DNA of 64,000 bases from a bacterium (GTDB lineage: Bacteria; UBA8248). Positions 56,631 to 64,000 of this stretch are shown here, piece by piece. The notes under the pieces are model-generated. The model was not told the DNA's origin. It made no database searches and saw only the letters and a program-made list of their open reading frames with translations. The stretch is taken from the NCBI GenBank assembly GCA_965213625.1, contig CBDBZU010000004.1:3264001-3328000 (forward strand), written 5' to 3'. A program made the translations under genes and the position numbers. The first letter of the stretch is position 1. Every line of letters starts with the position of its first letter.

Positions 56631-57083
56631 CTAACCTGGAATTTTGTCTCTCGTATCCTCTTCCATCCATTCGTTTTCCACGTAAATCGTCTTGGCGGCG
56701 TCACGGTTGGGACAATTGCCATAAGTAAAGACAAGTTCGGCGTCCTCGGTTTCGCTCGGGTTGTAGAGACCGTGGATCTCGCCCGCTGCGCAATAGACGA
56801 AAGTGCCCGAGGGCACCGTATGTTCTTCCCTGTCCTCTCCCATCCAGACAATGATCGGGCCTTTCACGATGTAGAACGTTGCGTCGCACACGTGGTAATG
56901 CCTCTGGTTGCGGCCCTTCGGCGGAATAATGGTGCGCCCCATCGTGATGGTCTGGGTGCCTGTGGCATTGCTGTCCACGCCCCATGCGATGATGAGGGGC
57001 GGCTCGTACTTCTTGTCCACGCCGATGGCAGTGGAATCGATGAGACACCAGCGCTGTTTCGTGGGTGCGGATATGGCTGACAT
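56631..57083 (-). CDS. Cupin domain protein
   Basis: RHYH....FYIVKG and G.F.....GEIHGLYN. Confidence 0.87.
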   Translation of the reverse strand: MSAISAPTKQRWCLIDSTAIGVDKKYEPPLIIAWGVDSNATGTQTITMGRTIIPPKGRNQRHYHVCDATFYIVKGPIIVWMGEDREEHTVPSGTFVYCAAGEIHGLYNPSETEDAELVFTYGNCPNRDAAKTIYVENEWMEEDTRDKIPG

Positions 57084-57194
57084 GGAAGCTCCTTTTGATT
57101 GGTAACGATATGAAAATACCCGTTCACTCGAAGGTGGCCTAATCTAGTCGTTCGTTTCTCAGAGCGCAAGGGCGGAGCCGATATGAGTGAGTCT

Positions 57195-58214
57195 TCACCC
57201 TTCCAGGAACATCTGAACCTCGCTCAAGAGTTCCATCCTGCGTTTTTCCAGTTCCATGAAATGCGTCCCGTCGTTGATGATGACGTAGCGCTTGCCCCGG
57301 CTGTTGCGAAGCGCTTTGTACAGCCCCCAGGCTTCAGGGTCAGCCGAGGCGCCGTCCTGATCCCCCCGGATGAGCAATACGGGACACGTAATCTTGCTCG
57401 CGTCATAAAGCGGTATGTTCCTCGCCCGATCGTACAGATCCGCCAGGGAGCCGTTTGCCAGCCGGAACGCGGGCGTCTTGCGACTGGCGCCTTGTGAGTC
57501 GTAGCCAAGCAGTTCGCGAAAATACGTCTTGACCACTCTGTGTTCGCGCCATTTGTGGTGGGCGTCTCCCGGTATATGGCCCCACCATCGCTGGTGCACG
57601 TCTTTTTCCGTACACCAGGACCACGCCCCTCGCCTCGCGTCGAATACCCCGGGCATTCGGGGGTCTTCCATCTGCTTCGCGCGCTGAGGGTTGTCATATG
57701 CGTAATAAGGCGCATATAGCACGAGCTTGTGCACCTTCTTCATATTATCAGCCGCATACGCCGGGCTCGTCGTCGTTCCCCATGAGCGGCCCATAATACT
57801 GAGCTTGTTTACGCCCCGCTGCTCGCTAATGAAATCGACTGCCGCCTTGATGTCCCTTACGGCCACCTTTCCCGGTATCGCGGGAGGTTTGCCTTTAGGG
57901 CTGGCGAACATCTCCTCCGGCCAGGTCGATTCGCCAAAACCCCGAATCGAGAGCGCGAAAACGTCGAACCCGCGCGAGGCGATGTAATCCATCCAGGAAT
58001 AGCCGGGAACTGGGAGGTCATAGGCTACGGGGCCGGGCGCCATCCGCCCGTGCACGATGAGGAGCGTGGCCTGATCCCCAAATATTTTCTTGTCCTTGGG
58101 TCGCTTTTCTCTCAGGTGCAGCCTGATGCCGGGATCGAGCGAGTCGATGTAGTGATCGATCCGCTCCACTCCCTTCGAAGCGGAATTCTTTCGTGGCGCA
58201 GCGCTCAAATCCAA
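57195..58214 (-). CDS. Alpha/beta fold hydrolase
   Basis: HG, RGFGES, GRSWG nucleophile elbow, G..D, GTHF. Confidence 0.88.
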   Translation of the reverse strand: MDLSAAPRKNSASKGVERIDHYIDSLDPGIRLHLREKRPKDKKIFGDQATLLIVHGRMAPGPVAYDLPVPGYSWMDYIASRGFDVFALSIRGFGESTWPEEMFASPKGKPPAIPGKVAVRDIKAAVDFISEQRGVNKLSIMGRSWGTTTSPAYAADNMKKVHKLVLYAPYYAYDNPQRAKQMEDPRMPGVFDARRGAWSWCTEKDVHQRWWGHIPGDAHHKWREHRVVKTYFRELLGYDSQGASRKTPAFRLANGSLADLYDRARNIPLYDASKITCPVLLIRGDQDGASADPEAWGLYKALRNSRGKRYVIINDGTHFMELEKRRMELLSEVQMFLEG

Positions 58215-58220
58215 ATTCCC

Positions 58221-59177
58221 TTAATTTTTCAGGTGTGAATAATCCTGGTCATACGCGGGCGGCAAAGCGCCTCCTTGTCCCTGAATGACGTGAAGCTTGC
58301 CCCATCCCTTGCCTGAATTGCGAAATCCGCGCTGTACTCCAGCAGGCGCCCAGCACATGTCCCATGGCTCGAGCACTGCCTGATGCGAATCTCCCCTCTC
58401 ATCCGTCCAGAATACCGTCCAGTCGCTCTCAAGAGGAATGAAGGCTTCTTCCAGATCAGGATGATCGTGCAGCGGAGCGCCCGAACCCACCCGATTCTCG
58501 TTGATAACGAAGGAGAACTCTCCCTCCGATAAGGACGGGGGCGGACCCACGCCTTCGAGTTCACCACCCACATGTCCTATGTAGCGTCGAATCCCCCGTA
58601 CCCCTTCGGGCAGTGAGGATTCATGATAGACTTGGAAATTCTTGGGACAATCATCGTAACGAACCAACTGGGTGAGCGGATCGACGAAAGAGGCCCCATC
58701 GTCCTCCGCGCCATCCCCTTCTCCCTGAAATATGGGCGGCTCGTAAACGCCGCGCCCGTGAATGTAGTAGAGAAATCCATCGCAATCGCCTGAATTCCTG
58801 TAGCCGCGCATGACGCCCGCCGGCATTCGGATGGCGTCGTAACGCCCGAGTTCAACTTTTTTGATTTCCCCGTCGCGCGCGTCGACCCAGAAGACTTCAA
58901 ACACGCCCTTCCACACCATGAAAACTTCCTCGAACCCATGACTGTGCAGTGGAGCACCGTTTCCAGGTGGCGCCATCACAATACCATTGGCGAATTCCCA
59001 GCCGGGGAGCGCCGCTTTGGGCTCTCTATCGCGAGATCCTCCGATATAGCGATAAACCGCCCGGTGGTGTCCCTCCTCGCGGGCATTGGGCGATGAGTCC
59101 CAGTCAGGCATGATCTCGGCGAAACGGACTATCGTGGTGGGGACAGCTTTGGAAGTTTGATTCGTCACCTTCAGCAC
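58221..59177 (-). CDS. Bicupin protein
   Basis: Duplicated GAPLHSH..EE / GAPLHDH...EE and PAGV.RG.RNSG motifs. Confidence 0.87.
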   Translation of the reverse strand: MLKVTNQTSKAVPTTIVRFAEIMPDWDSSPNAREEGHHRAVYRYIGGSRDREPKAALPGWEFANGIVMAPPGNGAPLHSHGFEEVFMVWKGVFEVFWVDARDGEIKKVELGRYDAIRMPAGVMRGYRNSGDCDGFLYYIHGRGVYEPPIFQGEGDGAEDDGASFVDPLTQLVRYDDCPKNFQVYHESSLPEGVRGIRRYIGHVGGELEGVGPPPSLSEGEFSFVINENRVGSGAPLHDHPDLEEAFIPLESDWTVFWTDERGDSHQAVLEPWDMCWAPAGVQRGFRNSGKGWGKLHVIQGQGGALPPAYDQDYSHLKN

Positions 59178-59193
59178 CTCGCCGGTTATCAGG

Positions 59194-60549
59194 TCAAGGA
59201 AGCGTCGCGTTTAGATACACGCCTTCCGCCTCATACGCTTCATCGAGCAAGACGACGGGATGCACCACCCGAAGGTCCATGTCCCGCTCTCGGGCGCCGA
59301 ACGCGATTTGAATCTGACAACCAGGATTGCCCGTGCAGACCACGGGCGCTTCAGAATCTTTCACATGCCCCATTTTTCTGTCGAGAAGCTGCATGGATAT
59401 TTCCGTTTGCGTGAGATTGTAGCTGCCAGCGGAGCCACAGCACCAATCGCTCTCCTTGAGAGGCACCGTCTCGACATTGCGAATCGCGGAAAGAACTTCG
59501 AGAGGCTCCTTGCGAACTTTGAGCGCGTGAAACAGATGGCAGGGGTGGTGATACGCGATTTTCCGGGGCGAGGGGTGCGCCGCTTCCCGTACGCCGATTC
59601 TGGAGAGAAACACGGTGACGTCCATCGCCTTGTCACTGAACACCTCGGCGCGGCTCGCGTAGAGAGGATCTTTTGCGAGCAAATCTTTGTATTCATGGAG
59701 CATCGCTCCGCAGCCGGAGACGGCCAGGATGACGGCGTCGTACTCGCCCGCGTCGATGGCGTCTATGTTCTCGCGCGCCAGGATTCTCGCTGCCTCTCTG
59801 TCGCCTGCATGGGCTTGCAGCGCCCCGCAGCAGGTCTGCGAAGCGGGGAACACCACGCGCACCCCGTTCGCCGCCAACGCGCGTATAGCGGCCCTGTTCA
59901 CATCGCCGAACAGGGTGGATTGAATACATCCGCCGAAGAAGGCGACGCGGTATTTTTCCTCTCCGATGGGCGCTACTTCCGTAGGAAGAGCTCTCATCGA
60001 GGAGACCGGCGGGGCTTCTGGCATCATGGGTTCGAGTTCGGCCAGTTTTTTGGGCATAAGACCCAGACCCCACACCACGCTTTTCAAAAACGTGGTCTGA
60101 TAAAGACGGGTGGCCACGCCCGCCAGGTTGAGCAACGTCCTGTTCGGCAAAAGCCAACGGAAGAGGATTCTTCTCAAAATCCGCACCGACAAGGGGCGTT
60201 TTCGTACTTTTTCTAGCCCTTCGCGCGCCGCCTCGATCAAGGAGCCATAGGGCACACCCGATGGGCATGCCGTCTCGCAGGCGCGGCAGTCCAGGCAGCG
60301 GTCGAGATGTTTCATCACCGTCTCGTTCGGCGCCATCTCGCCGTCTGTCACCATGCGCATGAGGTAAATTCTCCCCCGGGGGGAGTCCATCTCGTTGCCG
60401 AGCAGCGTGAAGGTGGGGCAACTCGTGCCGCAAAACCCGCAATGGATGCAACGCTGAATCATCTCCCTGTCGGGAGCTTCCGGGCCGACGAAGGGATTTT
60501 CGTATTCGGGAAAAACTTGAGCGAAACCTGCTTTTTGGTCCGTGGCCAC
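59194..60549 (-). CDS. glcF: Glycolate oxidase-type iron-sulfur subunit
   Basis: CIHCGFC..SCPT, CLDCRACETACPSGV, CCG domains. Confidence 0.9.
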   Translation of the reverse strand: MATDQKAGFAQVFPEYENPFVGPEAPDREMIQRCIHCGFCGTSCPTFTLLGNEMDSPRGRIYLMRMVTDGEMAPNETVMKHLDRCLDCRACETACPSGVPYGSLIEAAREGLEKVRKRPLSVRILRRILFRWLLPNRTLLNLAGVATRLYQTTFLKSVVWGLGLMPKKLAELEPMMPEAPPVSSMRALPTEVAPIGEEKYRVAFFGGCIQSTLFGDVNRAAIRALAANGVRVVFPASQTCCGALQAHAGDREAARILARENIDAIDAGEYDAVILAVSGCGAMLHEYKDLLAKDPLYASRAEVFSDKAMDVTVFLSRIGVREAAHPSPRKIAYHHPCHLFHALKVRKEPLEVLSAIRNVETVPLKESDWCCGSAGSYNLTQTEISMQLLDRKMGHVKDSEAPVVCTGNPGCQIQIAFGARERDMDLRVVHPVVLLDEAYEAEGVYLNATLP

Positions 60550-60563
60550 TTGGTCGTGTCCTC

Positions 60564-61943
60564 CTACATCCGGTCCACGAAGCGGCCGGGACTCAAAGTT
60601 CCTTTCGGGTCATAAGTTTTCTTTATATTTCGCATTACACGCAGCGCAGCGGGTTCGAGCGCGTCCTCACCCCATACGGATATCTGATCTTTCAGTGATT
60701 CCGGCCCCGAATCGAGGCGCAGGTGTACCGAGCGGGCTTGCGACTTATCCCTCCCCTCTTTGCAAAGAGAATTAAAAACGCGCCACGCATCGAGCGGTGA
60801 GGATTTCTCATCCTCGGGCGTGAGCCAGCACTTCAGTACACCGCTGCCCGCGTGAGCCGAAATCTCGCAGCAGTATTTCCCTGCCTCAGCGGCGCGCCTC
60901 GCCGCCTCCGCGAAACGGGGCAGCTGATCGAGTCTGCCTGAGACTCTGAGAGCAAGCGTCTCGGGACCGGAGAAATCTCTTCCAGGTGGATCGGCCAGGA
61001 CGCGGCCTAACCGCGTGGTTTCCCCGTCATCAATGCGCAAGATGTCTTCTGCCCCCTCTATTGCGAGGATTTCCTCGAAGCGGGCAAGTTGATCGTTCAA
61101 CCCATCTTCGAAATCACCGAAGGAGGCAACCAAGCTTACGGGGCCAGGTAAGGCGATGCCACAGCCCGACGCCAACGAGGCATTACGCGCATCGTCCAAC
61201 ACTTCCGCCCATATGGGCATAAGGGGCGAGGCCATCAGCGCCCTGGCCGCGTTAAAAGCGGCGTCTGTCGATGAAAAAGAGGCCGCTCTAGCTCCAATAC
61301 GCTCGGGGGCCTTATAGAGACGAATCGCCAATTCAGTGACGACGGCCAGCGTTCCCCAGCTTCCCGACATGAGGCGATTCATGTCGTAGCCGGTGACGTT
61401 TTTCACCACAAGCGCGCCATAGGTGTGGGTCTCTCCGTCGGCCAGTGCCACCTTCATGCGCATCACACGGTCGCGCGCCTTACCCCAGCGCACCCGCATG
61501 GGACCCGAGCGATCCGCAATGATGGTTCCCCCCACCGTGGAGGTTCCCGGGTACTGGGGGTCGAGTCCTGCCGTCTGGCCCTCAGCGCCTGTCAGCTTAT
61601 CGAGGCCTTCGATACTCATTCCCGCTTCCACAACGGCGGTTAAGTCATCTTGCAGAAACTCCACCGCCTTCGACATGCGCTCCAAAGAGAGCGCGACGTC
61701 GTATTTCCCGGGCGCATAGCCCGTCCCATGCCCCGTGCCTCCTCCCCAGGGGAATACGGCCAGGCCCGCTTCATTCGCGCGAGCGAGAACCCGGCAGAGA
61801 GACTCATGGTCGGAAGGGCTCACTACGACAGAGGGCGTCTTGCCTCCAAGTTTGAAGGACTCCGCACTCTCATTCGACAGCTGAACGGAGTCTCCTAAAT
61901 CTGCTTCAATGGATTGGGCGAACGAATCGAGTTTGAGAGCCAT
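60564..61943 (-). CDS. glcE: Glycolate oxidase-type FAD-binding subunit
   Basis: GGGT, TVGG, VVKNVTGYD..L..GS.GTL, DP.G.L.PGR. Confidence 0.88.
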   Translation of the reverse strand: MALKLDSFAQSIEADLGDSVQLSNESAESFKLGGKTPSVVVSPSDHESLCRVLARANEAGLAVFPWGGGTGHGTGYAPGKYDVALSLERMSKAVEFLQDDLTAVVEAGMSIEGLDKLTGAEGQTAGLDPQYPGTSTVGGTIIADRSGPMRVRWGKARDRVMRMKVALADGETHTYGALVVKNVTGYDMNRLMSGSWGTLAVVTELAIRLYKAPERIGARAASFSSTDAAFNAARALMASPLMPIWAEVLDDARNASLASGCGIALPGPVSLVASFGDFEDGLNDQLARFEEILAIEGAEDILRIDDGETTRLGRVLADPPGRDFSGPETLALRVSGRLDQLPRFAEAARRAAEAGKYCCEISAHAGSGVLKCWLTPEDEKSSPLDAWRVFNSLCKEGRDKSQARSVHLRLDSGPESLKDQISVWGEDALEPAALRVMRNIKKTYDPKGTLSPGRFVDRM

Positions 61944-61950
61944 GGTTTTC

Positions 61951-63396
61951 CTACTTCGTCATTCCCCCGCCCATTCGGGCGACGGTGCCACCGAGAGCAA
62001 CCGGGAACACGTTTTCCTCATCAGGTATGAGTTTACCGGGGTTCATCAAGCCATCTTCGTCGACTGCGTCGCGTACGCGCTCCATTATCTCGAGCGTGGG
62101 TTCATCGAACTGATCTTTCATCTCTCTGATCTTCTCGATGCCGATGCCGTGCTCGCCAGAGAGCACACCCCCGGCGCGTATGCAGGCGCGGAGCACCTCC
62201 GCACCGCATTCTATCGCCCGCTCGGTCTCTCCGGGCACCCGATCGTCGAACAAGACGTTGGGATGCAGGCTCCCGTCTCCGGCATGGAAGACGTTAGTGA
62301 TACGCAAATTAAAGCGTGCGGATATCTCATCGAACTCTTCGAGCACCTGTGCCAGTTTCGAGCGGGGAACCGTGCCATCCAGGCAATAGTAGGCAGGCGC
62401 GATAACCCCGAATGCTCCGAACGCTTTTTTCCGGCCCATCCACAGGCCCTCGCGCTCCTCTTCTGTCTCCGCGATCCGGAACGAGGAGCAATTGTTCTTC
62501 TCACTGACATCTCGAATTAAGGTTTCGAGCGGTTTGATGGAAGACGGCAGACCGTCGAGTTCGATTAGCAAGACGGCCTCGGCGTCCTTGGGATAGCCAG
62601 CCTGCACCACCGTCTCGACCGCCTCGATAGTGTAGCGATCCATCAACTCCATCGCGGCGGGCACCGCCCCTGCCGCAATGACGTCGCTCACCGTCCGGCA
62701 GGCATCCCCTACCTGCGTGAAACAAGCGAGCATTGTGCGCACGCTCTCGGGATTCGGCGTAAGTCGCACGGTGAGTTCCGTGATGACGGCGAACGTACCC
62801 TCGGAACCAATGAAGAACCCGCGCAGGTCCAGACCCGGCGTATCCTCCCCGTCCGCGCCCAGATGCGCCACCTCGCCCGTAGACAAAACGACGGTCATCT
62901 CCATGATGTGGTTTGTCGTCATACCGTATTTCAGGCAATGCGCGCCCCCTGAGTTTTCCGCCGCGTTGCCACCGATGGTGCAGGCCGCCTGACTGGAAGG
63001 ATCAGGCGCGTAATGAAAACCATGCGGCAGCGTCTCGCGGGAGAGGTGGAGGTTCACAACCCCCGGCTGCACGCGCGCGAGGCGGTTCTCGTAGTCGAGT
63101 TCCAGAATCTTGTTCATCCGCGTAAAGACGATAAGCACGCCACCCGGCAGGGGCGTCGCGCCTCCTGAGAGACCTGTGCCCGCACCTCTGGCGATCAGGG
63201 GCACGCGGTAATCGCGGCAGGTTTTCACGATCTGGCTGACTTCTTCGGTGCTCTCGGGCAATACGACGGCTGATGGAATGCCCTTGTAAATCGTGAGGCC
63301 GTCGCAGTCATACGTCCTGAGCGCCACCGGATCCGTATGGATGAATTCCTCCCCCACCACATCGGTTATTTTCTGAATGAATCCGGCGCTATCCAC
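61951..63396 (-). CDS. glcD: Glycolate oxidase-type FAD-linked subunit
   Basis: RGAGTGLSGG, PDPSSQ.ACTIGGN, GSEGT, HAGDG, GEHGIG. Confidence 0.92.
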   Translation of the reverse strand: MDSAGFIQKITDVVGEEFIHTDPVALRTYDCDGLTIYKGIPSAVVLPESTEEVSQIVKTCRDYRVPLIARGAGTGLSGGATPLPGGVLIVFTRMNKILELDYENRLARVQPGVVNLHLSRETLPHGFHYAPDPSSQAACTIGGNAAENSGGAHCLKYGMTTNHIMEMTVVLSTGEVAHLGADGEDTPGLDLRGFFIGSEGTFAVITELTVRLTPNPESVRTMLACFTQVGDACRTVSDVIAAGAVPAAMELMDRYTIEAVETVVQAGYPKDAEAVLLIELDGLPSSIKPLETLIRDVSEKNNCSSFRIAETEEEREGLWMGRKKAFGAFGVIAPAYYCLDGTVPRSKLAQVLEEFDEISARFNLRITNVFHAGDGSLHPNVLFDDRVPGETERAIECGAEVLRACIRAGGVLSGEHGIGIEKIREMKDQFDEPTLEIMERVRDAVDEDGLMNPGKLIPDEENVFPVALGGTVARMGGGMTK

Positions 63397-63494
63397 TTCA
63401 AAACCCTCGCGGCGCTTCCTGAATGAACAAAAACCCATTAGAGTGGCGCCATTATACCCATGCGAATGAAAAAAACGAATAGAAAGGCAACTTT

Positions 63495-64000
63495 GTGAGC
63501 AAATCCGGCGGTTTCACTCCACTTTCCGGTTATCCTGCCAGATCCGGGCGAACAAGTGGTTTATATTACGGATGGGTGATCGTCGGCGTATCGTTCATCA
63601 CAATGGCCTTCCACATGTCGGCAAGTTTCTCGTTTTCCCTGTTTCAGGTTCCCCTCATTCAGGAATTCGGCTGGAGCCGGGGCGCTCTCGGCGGCGCATT
63701 CGCCCTGAGCATGAGCCTCTACGCCATCTGTAATCCCAAGGCGGGCTCCATCCTCGAAAGGAAAGGCCCCAGGGCCCTGATTCCATGGGGTTCGGTCTCG
63801 ATTGCCTTGGGACTCATGCTGGGCTTTTTCATCTCATCTCTTTGGCATGTTTATCTTTTTATTGGTGTTTTCATCGGCCTGGGGCTTTCGATGAGTGGCT
63901 TCGTGACGCACAGTGCGCTCCTGCCGCGATGGTTTTTCAGAAACCGGGGTCTGGCGGCGGGCATCGCCATCTCGGGCATCGGCATCGGCTCTTTCATCTT
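63495..64000 (+). CDS. MFS transporter (OFA/MCT-like), runs off window end
   Basis: Reads YYGWVIV..F..EFGWSRG..RWF.R.RGLA.GI..SG.G; start codon uncertain. Confidence 0.85.
   Translation, partial: MSKSGGFTPLSGYPARSGRTSGLYYGWVIVGVSFITMAFHMSASFSFSLFQVPLIQEFGWSRGALGGAFALSMSLYAICNPKAGSILERKGPRALIPWGSVSIALGLMLGFFISSLWHVYLFIGVFIGLGLSMSGFVTHSALLPRWFFRNRGLAAGIAISGIGIGSFI

Noticed and set aside
1-64000. tRNA, rRNA, selC, prophage or integrase genes
   Set aside because: No cloverleaf or T-arm signature in intergenic regions and no phage or recombinase motifs were seen; a tRNAscan-SE/Infernal run would be decisive.

Overview
Bacterial chromosome segment, mostly high-GC, with an AT-richer first ~5 kb. 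Housekeeping genes (rpmA, rplU, mnmA, leuA, rsmD, pepA, mqnD) are interspersed with many catabolic genes. The ORF track splits three genes at in-frame UGA codons that read as selenocysteine, each followed by a SECIS-like hairpin: GrdA (CFVU), a GrdB-family protein and a deiodinase-like thioredoxin-fold protein (FGAITUPPF). The grdC-grdA-grdE-grdB cluster is atypical. GrdB has U-G-T-G-T-R-S instead of U-x-x-C-x-x-C, GrdE lacks the pyruvoyl-forming Cys, grdD and thioredoxin genes are absent from the cluster, and an MmgE/PrpD gene follows directly. A second unusual module pairs an AtzA/TriA-like amidohydrolase (mixed Asn/Cys dyad) with a cyanuric acid hydrolase/barbiturase-family enzyme with mixed motifs. 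Next to it is an unannotated ~220-nt transcription unit with a near-consensus promoter, a 31-aa basic sORF, repeated CUGAAA hairpins and a terminator. Also present: an IS1182-family element nested in a MITE-like element, GTAG-type REP hairpins around a multicopper oxidase, a DARS-like DnaA-box triad, a toxin-antitoxin pair whose antitoxin lacks an HTH, five MmgE/PrpD paralogs, a 2-oxoacid dehydrogenase E1/E2 cluster and glcDEF. No tRNA, rRNA or CRISPR array was found. All family assignments come from motif recognition by eye, not database searches.
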